A stretch of 64,000 nucleotides of DNA from Callorhinchus milii. Lineage: Eukaryota. Below are positions 12,401 through 27,400 of this stretch, in pieces. The notes below the pieces were generated by a model. That model saw only the letters and a list, made by a program, of their open reading frames with translations, was not told the origin of the DNA and did not search any database. The stretch is taken from NCBI RefSeq assembly GCF_018977255.1, contig NW_024704742.1, positions 39,186,001 through 39,250,000 on the forward strand, in the 5' to 3' direction. The number at the start of each line of letters is the position of its first letter. Within the stretch, counting starts at the first letter, position 1. The translations under genes were made by a program, and so were the position numbers.

Positions 12401-15400
12401 TTACCCAATTAGAACTAGAACCAATAATGGCATTGTTTAAGAATAATAAAAACACCAATTGTTACTACCAAGAAATAAAAATAAAAAATGCTTTCCGACA
12501 TTACAATTTGTAACAATATGTATTTTATAAAGAATTTCTATACATTTGCTATAGTTTAATAATAAAGATTTCAGTTTAGCAAACCATTCAAAATGCTAAT
12601 TTTTTAAAAAAAACACAACACTCAACTCTCTTCCCTCCCTCCACAAATATCAAAATAGAAAAGCAACAAGAATCAGTTGAAAAGGAATCTTACTTCTCCT
12701 CCAACAGCCACAGTCACTCCTCCGGGGTGAATTGCCACAACCTGTGCTTTGTAATTAAGATTCTCCAATTGACAAACTTTCTTCTTCTCCTTAAGCAGTA
12801 CAACCTGTGAATTAAGAGTTTCAGAATTTTATCCAAATATTTCATTTGTAGACTAAACATCAAAAGAGCTTAAGAATTACAAGAAAATGTAACCTTGCCA
12901 TGAGAAATCATGAGGAAACAAATTGGGAGTTCGGACTCCCAAAATGACAAAAGAAAATGAACTCATGATAGCACAAATAAATTAACCACCAGATTTGAGC
13001 TAGATAGGAATAGTATTAAATCCTGGTGTACTTTACTCTTTCCAGGTCTAAAACAAATTCACTAAGGAAGCAGGTAAGGAGAAAGAGGAAGAAAAGCAGG
13101 GGGTCTCTCTTTCAGTTTAATTGACTTGAAGGAGACATGCTCTGTAAAGCTAGACGTGTCTACAGTAACCCAACATGTGAAGATACTTTCATAGATATGG
13201 TAATAATTTTAGAACCTCAAAGTGGTGCAGGCTGAGTGGTTCCTTTAATATTCATAACTAAAATTTTCTGATTCCAAATTTAGTACTCAACTGACTGAGG
13301 TACTCCAGACAATATTTAATATGCAGTTGAGAAATAATGCATCAGTCATTTTCTACATTTTCTTGTTATTTCTAAGGAGTAGATTTCACACTGGATTAAA
13401 GATATTGAGTTTCACAATCAAATTAGTATAAAATACACAATTACTTAAGCATGATGATTCCAAAATAGGAGATCCAAGGTAAAGTTGATAATGAAACTGA
13501 AGATTTTAAAAAGCAAGTCTTTTATGCACCACGTAGATAAAATAATCTTCAAAATAGCATCTACAAACAGCCATGATTGTAAAATTACCTGCTCCATGCA
13601 CACCACCACCGTATAACCACCAGGACCAACTGCCAGAGACTGGGGTTGAACATCCAGCTTTACTGTATCTTGGGCACTACAAATGAAGTACAACCATGAT
13701 TTTACTCACAACTTTTAATTTTTCATGGAGCAATCCTACTTTAGTGCTACATAAATTATACAGCTAGGATATGTGGAAATCAATAATGTAGGCTCAAAAC
13801 TATAGAAAATTACACATTTTTCCAATGAGAGTTGAAACAGCAATATTTCAAAATTACTTGATTGAGTACCACACGTGGGATCAAAGGATTTAGATTGGCA
13901 GGGTAATGAATGCAGGAAGCTAGAATGTTGATAAAATACTAGATATAAAACACATCCTCCTCTGGGCGACGATGAGGACGGGGAGAAAGAGAGAAGGAAG
14001 GTAACCAAAGTCTTTGGCTTATCGAATAAACATGCCGTCAGAAAGCGAAGTCCTAGCTTTTAGATGTACGATGGTGCTTAAGCCCTATAGCTCCTGTTAC
14101 TTAGATTTAGTGAGAACACACATAAACATATCAAATAGGTTCCAATGAACAGATAAAACTGCGGAATGGCATTGGAAAGTGATGACCCATCAACTGATTA
14201 GTTGGTCAAGTCACTACCATACAGTGAAAATCCATAATATGGATTTGTGAAGTCTTGCATTCAATGCTTTGTTAACCACTCCACTGATAGTCAGTAGGGG
14301 ATAAACAAAAGGTTTCAGCACCACAAGCCTTGACTAAATTAAGTTTTTTTTTTTAAAAACCACCCCCCCCCCCAAACCACAAAATGCAAGTGCCTACGGG
14401 ATTGTGGTTACAAAAGCAGAGACTGGAAAATTGAACCTTAAATATAAACTACATCAAGAGCAACAAAAATAAAGCTGCAATCAGGTAATATGGTAACTTA
14501 CTTGTACTCTTTCTTACACAGATTTGTGAAACGCAGAGTATCATCCATTCCACAGCTGACAAGATCGCCTGAATCATTGACTGCCATAGCATTCACCTGG
14601 TTGGTGTGTCCCTTCCCTAAAAATCCATCATTGTCTCCCGTCCCAGCATCCCAGTAATGTGAAGCCATTATAGTTAAGGAAATTAAATGCACTGTTTCAA
14701 TCTTGTCGCACACAATTAATTAATTATTCTTCGATATTTGGAAGAGGAAATCTTATTGAATAATAGCTACCACCCACACATTACAGTGACTAAAAATTGT
14801 ATTCCAGCACTGCTAAAATGTATTTTTTTCTGACCTTCATCAAACATAAAGCTACAATTTGATGGGCGAGTCAAATTTAAGAAAATAAAGTCGTTTTGTG
14901 ATCAGTGTCCAAAAATAAACACAAAAAAAACGACATGCCTCATTTCAGTATCAATGGAATGTTGCTGACACAAATTTATACATCTTTCTCCAACGTTAAA
15001 GATTGAAAACACAATACAACTATAGTTCTAGGCATTATCCCAATAATCCTAAAACTTCGGAAGGAAGACAAGTAAATAAACAACCTAGGTTAATAACCAA
15101 GGCTGATAATGAATTACACCACCAAAGTTGAAAAGGGTAGCAGAAAGATGTGATATATCAAGAACTGCTTAGGTTGCATGAGCAGTAAAGAGTTAAGGAA
15201 GCAAGACATCCCATAGTATTAAGGTCCTGGAAAGAATCGTTTAGAATACAAGAGCGCAAGTAGTTTTGATTTAAACATTGAAAATGTGCAAGACAAAATT
15301 AGCTATGGGATGATATTTGAAATTTGGGAGCAGGAACACAAAAAACAAGTCTTGAGAAGCGATAACAACACACTGGTAGAGATCCCGAAAAGATTGTGGG

Positions 15401-18400
15401 GTGGAGGGGGGAGGGGGAAAAAAGAGTCTCTCTTAAAGATACATTAAAATTTCCGCAGTAGGAAAGAAAATTCAGACCCACATAGTGATTACCATTGGGA
15501 CTAGAGACCTTATTTGATCCAATGGAGTGCAGTCGGCATTCTAATAAAACTAATGGGTTTAATGAAGAAAAGTGAGCCAAAACAGCCACTTACCTGGAAC
15601 AGCTATATTACTGAATCTGTTTTTATTTCAGCATTAAAATGAACACTCTAAACACTCAGGCCAGACTGCTTAATATGTAGTAATATTGTAATGGAATATC
15701 CTTGGATGCCTTGACAATTAAAATGGTGAGAAACTTTGATAAGATAGAAATAGGGTAGTATACAACTTGAACTGCGAGTAGGAATATTAAATTAGCAAGC
15801 ATTCGTTCACCCAACTCAACATTGGAGAAATATTTTGTGGTTAATTTATGGGAATAGCTTTTATAGCCTACGAGATAAACTAAAAACACTAACTGCAAAA
15901 AGGATATTGATATAACCATCGTGGCTGCCTGAATAGATGTAAGGTTTCCCATCGTTGGTATGTACAGTCAGAGACTGTATGGATTTGGTGTGACCCTAGA
16001 AAGAAAAGCAACATGATTAAAACCTGCATACCAGAACTACTGATTTCTGTACCAACATCTCAAATTACTATCTACAATACAAAATTACATTTATGTAGCT
16101 CCTTTCAAGTCTAGTCAAACTGTAGAATGGCCTTTTGTGCCAAGAATGTTCTTCTAGTCTGTTCCTGACGGAGGATTCCTGGGACATGGTTTGACATGCA
16201 CCATCATTACCTTGTCCAAATGCTTTGACAAGAATGTGTAGACACTCATTTGGCTATAGAGAGCATCACAGCAGAATTCAATCTTGTCCTCAACCAATAT
16301 CTATGGTGCAGTTGATTCCTTGATGTAGCCACACGTGTAATGAATTCTACCACCCTAACTACCTGAGTGAAGAAATTGTTTCCAACCTCAAGAATAGCAA
16401 CTCTGGTAGATTTTCCAACACAAGAATTACAAATGCTGATTTACCCATTTTAGTTTTTCATTTCCTCAATTTAAATAGCTTAATCACACAGCTGTGACAT
16501 TGCTGGTTGTCCCAATCTTTCCAATCAGGGAACATGCAGAGCCAAATGTTGCCACTTTAGCAAAAACTACATAGCCATCATTGCTTTCGATTCCACCATA
16601 CAAAGTACAGTGAGCAGGATCCTACCACCAAGAGCTTCATGACATTTCATGCCAATTCTGTATTCATATGCCTTAGGTGTACTGAAGATCAGAAATATTT
16701 TAAATACACAAATATCAGAATCTAGTTCGTTTTTGTAAGCCAACTGGCTTGTGAAATTCTGGAGCTACATAGTTTTTACTTGGAGTCATATTTTCCAATA
16801 CCTTAGTAATTCATTGCTGTTAAGATTTGGGGGGAAAAAAACAATATTACCTCCAAAAAACTTGCAGCCATTTAAAAAAAAGCTTTCAGCTCAAAGTAAG
16901 CTGCAACGTCCTCTGCTAAAGGACAAATCTTTCTCCAATTTATAGTTCCAGAGAGGATTCTGTCCATAATAATTTCTAACACAATTAGTAACATGGACCC
17001 AAGAGGATACATTTCTTCTTAATGAATAGAAATGATGCGACAGGTATTACAATCTGAGATGATAACAGAAAGTATTAAGGAGGCCTACAGTGGTTACAGT
17101 TCAAAACAGTGTAACTTCGTGAACTCAAAACACAATACATAGTATGTAAAACAAGCAGCATTGGTTTAATAGCTGGATGGAACCTATAATAATAATAATC
17201 CTTGCATTTGATATAGCGCTTTTTATGTCGGGAGGACATACCAAAGCGCTTCACAGAACACAATGTAAAGTGAATTGACTATATTTGTGGGCGAACGCGA
17301 CAGCCAATTGCGCACAGCAATGTCCCACAAACAGTCGTAGATTGAAAATGACCAATTTATTATTGTTTTTGGTTTTTGGAGGGATTATTATTAGGCTCTG
17401 TGTGGAGTAAGGAAACTTGCCCAAGGTTTCGCCCTCTGCCTGGAATTGAACTCAGGTCTCTCGCTTGCGAAGCGAGTGCTCTAACCACTGAGCTACATAG
17501 TATCCTTTGCATGGGGAGAACAACTTAAGACTGATTGGGAGGTGTAGCTGGGAGGTAGACAGAAGCAGAAAGCAGTCAGACTAGTTTTGAAAACAGAGAG
17601 GGATGGGCCAAGTAAGAGGTATTTTGGAAGAGTTCCAGAGGGAGGTGGCACGTAGGTATAAAGTCTGCTGACATTGGTGAGGAAGAGGGCTTGTTCCCTA
17701 TACATCTCCTCTCAATGTTTATTCAATTCCCTTTTAAATGCTATCTCATTTCTCAATCTCAATAACTGAATGTGGCAAAATATTCTAGTTACCCAACACA
17801 AGTGTATCTCCTAACCTCCCCCTCAACTTTTCCAGTGCCAATCCTGATTTTATGCCATCTAATTACTGATGCCACCTGGTAGAAATACTTTCTCAGAATT
17901 TTGAAAACTATCTTATTAGATCCATACCTTAACTTTTGTTCCAATGAAAATAACCCAATCCAATCTTCAAAAATAATAATACTTTAATAGTAATACTGTA
18001 GTACTCTCCATGTATGTAATACACCAAATTTTAGATTGGATTCAAAGTTTTTGCATTTCCCATTACACTTGGTGGGGGGGGAAGAAGGGGAAATAAGCAT
18101 CCCTAAAAGCAGACATTCAACCTAAAGAAATGTAATAAAGAAATCTGTTAAATTCAAAGAAAAATACTACAATGTTAGGATTGCAGTATTTTACTTTGAC
18201 CATTAAAAAAAAAATTTAAACTTGAAAAGTTGCAGAATATACAACATGGAATGCTTGTGTACATTATGTTATAGTCTAACAGCTTTTAATGCAGGATTCA
18301 AGTACAGAGCTTCAACAAGCTTATATCTCCCATTTATTCCCTAGTATTTTGCACAAGATATTCTCTCTAACCTACTAATTGAGAATACAATCTATGATAC

Positions 18401-21400
18401 CATACTTAATATACTAAATGAACATACCTTGATGATGCGGATAGGCTTGCTCGGATTTGCTTTATCCAGATAGTTAATAAAGCCAGAAAGAGAAATGGAC
18501 AACAGATGACTCCCCTGCCATAAACAGCCCAGCTGCTGGTCCAATACATCATTCCCCATATTAAACGTGGTTACCACAGAGTTGGCACCAACATCCCAAA
18601 TCTTGGTAGTCTTATCACCAGATGCAGAGAGAAGACATGTACTGTCAGAGCTCCAACTGATCTGTAAAAGTCATGAGTAGCACAAAACAAAATAAGTAAC
18701 AAACTTGCGTTGTATTGGATTTTATACTAATGATGCATTGGAGGGCCAGTAAGTGTGTTCAAATAAGTTTCAGCATGATTTTAAATATTACACAAGTACC
18801 TTAAAACATTTTTGGATTAAAGAAAAAGGAAACTAGATTCCTGTAAATTTTCCTGTAGTCTACCTTTCTCCAGATCTAGGTGGACACCTGAAATATCCAA
18901 TCTAGGATTCATGTTAAGTACTTTTAAAATCTAGCGAGAGAGTTATTTGCAAACAACAGTGCATCCAAAGACTTTCTCTTTCCGTCAATTCTATTGTTTA
19001 CAACAAGGGGAATTAGCTACCTAAAATAGTGGCGATTTAAAACTCAGATTGCACAAACAATTCAGTTTCATTAGAATATATTTCTATTTTAGAAGGATCT
19101 TGTGTAGGATGGATCAGATTACCCACTACATGGGGTTAAAGGAATACACTTATTCTTAAAAGTAGCAGTAAATCTAATGAAGATTTTTTAAAAAAATTAC
19201 AGCATAGATTCCTCCATTGTGGGCCTTGTCTCCACCAAGTGCACATATCTTCTCTGAAGTCTTCCCATCATAGATAAAAATCTATTGTGAACAAAAGGTT
19301 AAAAGTGCAAATTGAGTAGCATACAGGAGAAATGTATAACCAGATTAATCTGAAACACAAAGATTACTGAAATTGAGGACTTGGGGGAAAAAAATCACAA
19401 GTCTACAATCAAAAATGTACATACTGATCTGTAAATTGAATCCGGCCATAAAACATTTACATTCAAAGCATTTGGGTGTTAAAAAAATTCAGAGCTAATA
19501 CATTTTCAACAGAGTGAAATATACTTTTTTTTAAAAAAGCTACAACGTATATAGTAAAATAATCACAAGTTCTAAGAATATGTACCAGCATTTTACTACC
19601 TAATAATTTTTTCAAAAATTCTGCTGGATGTGATAGGTCACTCAAGTCTACAGGTAAGTGAATATTAAAAGATTATCTAAAGAGCAGCTTCAATCAATTC
19701 ACTGCAGCCAACAAGGTCACATCATTCACAAAACAGAAGGTCAGCCCATCCGATCTACGCTTATTTCAAAGCAAGGTACTAAAAAGGAATTATTGATGGT
19801 TTGTCTCTGCTTCAACTCCCACCCCTTAAGCTATTATGGTAGATGAGCAGAAGCCAATCATTTGCCTAATGAAACAGTAGTTGCACTGATTAGTAAATAT
19901 CTGAAGTGATAATGAGGCTTTACAAAAATGCAGGTTTATTTTTTTAATAAGAATACTTCTATTAAATCAAATTAGACTGAACAAAAAAAGCCTGCTGTTT
20001 TTTTTGGAAAAAAAAGCTGAGTGAAGAGAGCAAAAGGAAGCCAATACTGCACATTTACTTCTTAATCAAAAGGCACATTCTGATCTATTGGCTAGAAAAT
20101 CAAACATCATAAGTAGTTTCAAACTAAATTGTTTGTAGGTGGGGGGAGAGTGAAAAACCTTAAGATGCCTTAAACCAGCAAAGTTATTCAATATAGACAA
20201 TCAAATTAGACCCTTTCAACCCCACCCTAAGAGGTATTTTCCCCTTATAAAGAAACAAAAATGCTACAGGTGAGATTTCCACAGTCCTTTAAGAATGTGA
20301 GAGGCTGCAATGACAGTCATTACTCCTTATAAGCAATTCACAAATGTATACAATAAGCCACACTTCCCCAAAGAGTATTCGAATTAGGATAAAATTGATT
20401 ACAACCTCCAGAGCTGCAAGCTTCTAGATTTTTCAAAACTAATTGAAATGGACCAAACCTCCATCTTGTTGATTTAATGGGATTACTACTTAACCTCCTA
20501 GAATCAGAGGGGAGTGAATCTATCAGCAACATGTTAAAATATTTAAACACTTTGCCTTCAGACGGCCAGATTTTTATAATGCTCATATTCTAAGTCATTT
20601 TTAATCAATGATTCATCTGATCAGTTTGAATTTTCTGCCGTGAGATAAATTATAAGATTAAGACTAGCTGAACTTTGTCAATATCTGCTGCACTAAAGTG
20701 CAGCACGTGGACAATGCAAACACATTAAAAAAACTAAATGAAAATCACTATATCTAACTAAGAAGTTTTTTTCTTAGATGATGTCATAATAATTTAGGTC
20801 TGCTCTTACCTGCCCGTCTGAACCACAGGAAGCATATCGGTTCCCATCAGGAGAAAATCGCACACAGTTAACAAAGCGGCCGTGGTGCTAAGGAAGAATA
20901 ATTTATGGAAAAACACTGTTATCTTCACAAACAGGAATTACCTTCTTCAACATCAGAAAATACCATTCAAACCAACTGGAGATTTACCGCAATGCATAAC
21001 CTAACAATAATTTCATACATTCTGTTAAAAAGTCAAATCTCTTAAAATCCATTTAGATCATAAAAAATGAACTACTAGTTTTCTCTCATATTTGAAATTC
21101 TAAATACAACAATATGAATGAAGTATGCAAGAAATGCAATGCTTCCAGTTTCTTCCAAATCTTAGGGAACAAAGTACAGTAGAGTCTAGTTAGTTACTGA
21201 GCAACTGCTAAGCTTTATTTGAACAGTGATTCCAATTAATGTTCAGAGCTTAAAATAAATTGTTTGTATAATATCTACCATGACTCCTGTGGTAGAAAAT
21301 GCAATATCTCACACAGAAGGTGAAACTTTAATCCAATGAAATCTGTTTAATGAATCCAGACATACTTTAGTGAAGGAATCCTACTTCTCAATTTACAATA

Positions 21401-24400
21401 TCATAATGAAATTACAGTCAAACATCATTAAAAAGTCAATGAGACTAAAAGCAGTTCAGGGATTTTATTTTGAATTTAGCTTTGGCCTATGAAGTTTCAA
21501 CCTAAACTAGGGTACACCTTAGTTACAAAGCTTCAGTGTGGACTTGAGGAATATCTGAACACTTTTTTGGTCAGCCACAGAAGAGTGAATCTGTACATTA
21601 TTCATATATGGGGCAGTTCATCTTACATGTCATGGAGAGAAAATGAAATACAACCTTTTTTCAGATTAATACACACAATATCCAAGAAGAAACAGTCCCT
21701 ATATAAACAGAAACCATATCCAGGTCAAATGAAATATGATTAACTACCTACAAATATAATCTATGGATTCCTAATTCTGAATACAACCACCAACCTATTA
21801 ACAGAACAACCTTATCCAATATCCCCATTTTTTCTCTCCTGAGTTCCCTAGGCTATGAAGAAAGACAGTCTATATTCTGAATTTGCAATCTATGTGTAGA
21901 AAGATGCTATCTTAAAGTCTCAATCCCAGTTTTACCTTTCAGAATTTGGAACCGACTTTCCATATAAAAAGGTCAGAAAGATTAAATTGATCTCGTTTAA
22001 AACCAGTGCACCTCTGATGAAGGGATAAACATATAGATGCGAGTTAAACATATAGTTCAGGCTGGCATTTGGACATGTTTAAAAAAAAAGTAGCCTTTTA
22101 AAAAAAGACAAGCAATAAGATTTGAGTCAGTTAAAACATCTTTCAATCAGATAAATTAATCCCATTAACAAGATTAACAGAAAGGGGAGGCTACACTGTA
22201 CCAGAGCAGCATTTACCAGAAAAGTCTGAAAACTTTTGCCTTAAAGTAATCCACCCAAGTGATGGTAGGGAGGGTGGGGGGAGTGGGGGGGTGTTTGCTT
22301 AAAAAAGAAACTATGACCCCCAACCCGGGACAATTAAATCTAATGAGGTAAGGAAAAGAAGCAATCAAGATGGAAGAAATAGTCTCATTACTACAGTAAC
22401 ATGAAGCCCTACTAAAATTTCATTCAGACTGGATATTTTGAAACATAGAAATGTTTTTAAAAGTAGTAGTTTAAGCATAACTTTACTTACATTGTTTGAA
22501 ATCTTGAACTTGAAAGGAGGTCCCTCCAAGAACACAGTGGTGAAATCATCACTACCAGTCGCTATTCGGTAGGGTCGAGTTTGTTTTATATCAACGCTGT
22601 TTATGATTTTACTGTGGCCTGAAATCTCTCCAACAGAAGATCCACTGTCCCAAAGAAAGACTGATCCAAATCTGTAATGGTTCATACAATTCATATTTTG
22701 TAAGAACTGATAGGAACTGCTAGTGCGAGATGCACATTTTCATTGTCATTCTTGCAGCTGTTAGTAGATATTGATGTACAACAGAATCACATTCAAAAAA
22801 ACACTGTGTGCAAGCAACATCTTCTGAACTGAAGCTCCTCACTGATAATGTACAAATCAAATTGGACTTTAGAATATTCTCATTGTACAATTCATGCAAT
22901 TTAACAATGCATTTTGCAAAACCGCACATCGACTTAGAAGTAATTATAATTCATGGTGAATAAAATGTCTAAAATGCTGGTTACAGGTTTCAGAGATAAA
23001 TGGCAGCACGTTTTTATTAGTCAACATGAAAGATTAATGACTGACTGCCACATATGTATTTTGACAAAGAGCAGTAAACAGTATCCACATATTTGCCAAT
23101 TCCCCCAACCAATTCATTACTGAAAGCCTTCATTGTTGGCAACCCTCCAACAATTTAGCAAAGTTCCCATGCTTTATGTGCAAAGCCGGTAGGGCTCGTG
23201 GACATCAAACGGATCACGGTGCAAGTTGGTGGCAAGGTTCTAGCGTGATTCACTCCTGGATCTTCCCATTATTATGCTTTATACCGTGCTTGATCAAATG
23301 CAAATCTGTCGTAGAACTGTTAAGATTGCTAAGGTATCCAGGATGCAGCATCATTTTTGGAAAACAGTTTTTCTTTTTGCTGTTGATCCAAATTCTCAAA
23401 CACTTCAGCCCAGTTTCTAATTTACAATGATACTTGAGATAATCTGTTGCTCAAAAGCCCCAAATCTTTTTTTATATAAAAGTGTTGGGAGAATATCCTA
23501 GTTTATATCAGTTGAATACTTCTCACTTGCAGAATTTACGTATCACTGTTGGAACTGCTTTCCTTCTCATCTCTCGCTGACAACATTTAACAATTATCTT
23601 GCAAAACCCATAGCATACTGAATTCTGGCTTGACGAGCAAGACATCTGTTCCCCTAATCCAGTTTCACACTCTAAGGGTAGTAAGTTGTAAAATTAAAAG
23701 CCTGAATGTGGAACTACAGGTTCCCAAATACACCTCCAAAGGGCAAAGAGGTCATTGGGTACAGTTGGAGTAACAATAAAGCACTCAAAACACTTTTTGT
23801 AATCCTAAAAGGAACACCAAATGCTGAAAGGGTTACCTTCAGTTTATTTGATTCCCTTCACTTATGATAGAAAAGTAATTTTACAAACCAATGTCTAAAA
23901 CGCAGCCTTATTGCTTCCTCAAAATCTCAGAACTGCAAGAACTCAAAAAGTTCCTTGTTCTACAATCTGAAGACTTACATTTCCTTTCCTTCTCCAACAA
24001 CAGCAATCCTTTTGCTATCTTCAGTCCAACAAATATCCTTAATTTTTCCTGCAAAAGGGCGGTACTCATACTTGAGGATATGCTCCTTCTGAGTGGTATC
24101 CCAGATTCGAACCTTTCCAGAAACATCTACCATAAAAACAGAACAATCAGTATAGGACATCTATAGCACAGAAAAATAGATTTCAGACTAAAGGCCAGTG
24201 AACAGCAATTCTTGTTCAGTTTTACAAAGAAGCTAGTTTAAGATTTAAACAGCAGGTGTGTAAAGTTATAATTGTACTATTATTGTGGTTTCTGATGACA
24301 CCTGCTAGAGGCACACGGAAATCCGAGAAGTTTCACAGGTTGGATCCACTGGCAATTATGATGCCAAACACACAAGAAAATCTCAGTAGGTTTAGATAGC

Positions 24401-27400
24401 GTTGAAACAGTATTTAGAAAATACATCAATACGATTCTTAAAAGGAAACTCATCAACTTGCTCATTTTTTCAGTCTTGTGAAATTGATTCCTTGCACTCA
24501 CCAATTAGGCATCAAGAAGTGTGTACGCACCATATATATATATATAAAATATGACATACACACACACACACACGCATATACACACACATGCATATACACA
24601 CACATGCATATACACACACACGCACACACACGCATCCCAATTTTCACTCAGAAGGTCGAGTGTTCACTTTCCACATTCCTCAGAATTGCTTAAAATAACT
24701 ATATTCAAGTCTCATTGCTCCACCAGCTGTGTTATGACTGGAAGCCTAAAATACAGCTAAATACTTGCAATCATACCACTAGATTTGGCAAGGAATACTG
24801 TAATTTAATCATAACCAAAATCATTAGGCATTCCACAGAATTTAAGGCATTAATAAACTAAGTAAAATTTAAAAACAATTGTGCTTATCTAGAGAAAGCC
24901 AGGACAAATGGAAAAAGGAAGTTATATAACTTCAAATTCTTCCATTGTGGACTATAGATTTACTCACATATATGACAAGTATTCTAATCACAAATTTACC
25001 ACAAAAAACATAATGCAACACTTCCAAATGGACACACCTCCTGAAGCTATGTAGAATCCACTAGGTGAATACTTAGCAACAAGCACTTGATGAGCATGTT
25101 CAGTGTATACATCTGCAATGTCTGGATGCTGGAAAGAGGAAACAGGTTTTGTAAGTTCTGAAATAACTTGCAAACAGAAATGCATGTACAGAAGTAGAAG
25201 GGATACTTTACTTCAATATCCCTTATGATGACGCTCTTGCCATTGGTGTAAATAAAGTTCTTTCCTTTAGGGTCACCTCCGATGATCTTTGAAATACCTC
25301 TTTCCATCTGAGGCAGACTGCTAAATATTCCCTCTATTGAGAAACAAAGAGATGCAAATCAGCATCTTAAAAAGCTGGAAAAAGTAATCTGCAATCATAC
25401 CTTTACCAAATCTGGAAGATTACAATTTCACTTTTAAGACGGTGTATTGTATAAAAGATACATAATGGGGAAACAATAACTTACATTAGCATAACAAGAA
25501 AACATATCCCATTTTCCCACATGCCCTTTTAAATTTTGTTTTTTCAGTTGCTTTTTAAGAAGTTAATATGGATTCCACATCAGCCACTGTTCCTGTTAGG
25601 GCATTTCATGTCCTCCTAACAGCCCTCTACGTAAAAGAAATTCTAAGGTCTCCCTTTGGTAATAGACTTCTGAAACATCTCCCTTCCAGGGAAAATAGAC
25701 CTAGTTTCTCCATTCTTTCCTCATAACTAAAACCCCTGGTATAATCCTCGTGAATCACCTGTGTCCTTTCCTGCAGCTTTGACATCCTTCCCTTAGTGAG
25801 GTACCCAAATCTGACACAATACTCCAACTGTGACATAACTAAGAATTTATGCAGGTTTAGCATCATCCCTTTCCTTAAATATTTATATGCACCTTATTTA
25901 TAATCCTTAGGATTCTAATAGGTTTTGTTTGACAACTTTCATTAACTTGTCCTCCTATTTTTAAAGATTTGTGCATACTGGACAACCTGCATTATAACAA
26001 CAACAAAATTACATTTGTATAGCGCCTTTCACGTTGTGAACAGTTCCAACAGTTTACAATATCAGCTGTGCTTTTGAACTTTCCCCCATGTCCTTCCAAC
26101 ATATTGAAAGTTTTAATTACACTCGATCTCCTTAATTGATTTACAACCCAAAATCCTTCCAATGTTCATAATTATGTAATCAATTTATATTAGACTTGAT
26201 AATTTATAGATGTAATATTTATGGCATAATGTTGTGCTCTTAGTTTCTACATTGTCATCCGTTTGCATCTAAGGTACTCAATTTTTCATTCATTTCAACA
26301 AGAACGTAGTCAAATTCATTATTCCCTATAAATCAGAAATAACTCTTCCACATCCTATTTCACCACTTCTAACAAATAATTGGCAGTAAAATGCAACTTC
26401 TTAAGGTTACAACAGCATTATCTTCACACATAATTAAACACAATATACTGTGTTAGTTAAGAGTCAATCTACCATTTCCCACAAAACAGTAACAATTCTT
26501 CAATACAAAGATAATATTGGCCTCTAGTAACTCAAATTAATTATTATCCTTTACTTTTTTGCATATATGCTTTATGTGGAGTCCTGTAGCTCAGTGGTTA
26601 GAGCACTCGCTTTGCAAGTGAGAGACCTGAGTTCAATTCCAGGCAGAGGGCGAAACCTTGGGCAAGTTTCCTTACTCCACACAGAGCCTAATAATAATCC
26701 CTCCAAAAAAAAAACAATAATTAAATTGGTCATTTTCAATCTACGACTGTTTGTGGGACATTGCTGTGCGCAATTGGCTGCCGCGTTCGCCCACAAATAT
26801 ACAGTCAATTCACTTTACAGTGTGTTCTGTGAAGCGCTTTGGGACGTCCTCCCGACGTGAAAAGCGCTATATCAAATGCAAGGATTATTATTATTATTAT
26901 CTGGCTGTCAATCTAGGCTGTGAGGTACAGCCTGACTGCTAGTAGCAGAAAGCTGTGGGTTCAAGCCTCATATCATATACTGCAATAAAGTTCACTCCAA
27001 TAGAGTTCTGAGGAAGAAAGATGATCTTTGAGGTAACTTTTTCCAAACGATACATTGAAAACCAATCTTGTCTGCCTGTTCTTCTGGTGACTTTTATAGA
27101 TGCAAAGACACAATTGAAACACAAAAGGGAGTTTCAAAACATATTCTGGTTAACAATTGGTTATTCATTCCTAGCTATTTGCAGGACCTTGCTGTGTGCA
27201 AAATGAACATTTTGTGGAACCAACTGCAGGAGGCACTATACTCAGTAATTATACTGAACACTTGAGATGGCAACGTGATATAGCATTAAAAAATCAAGTT
27301 GCTATAAGTGGCTTCACACTTGCAATTTGTGTTTTTCTATCTTGATCCCTCAACATTGTCCATCAACCCAGTAGATAAATTTTACTTATAGTTTCCCATA

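Noticed and set aside
15656..15952. 98-aa hydrophobic ORF overlapping exon 9
   Set aside because: It is out of frame with WDR1 and runs into AT-rich intron, with no independent support.
26578..26652. tRNA-Ala-like sequence (also near 31310-31384, 17425-17497 and 37419-37495)
   Set aside because: These are SINE heads: the acceptor stem does not pair, there is no oligo-T terminator, and the sequence continues into a SINE body.
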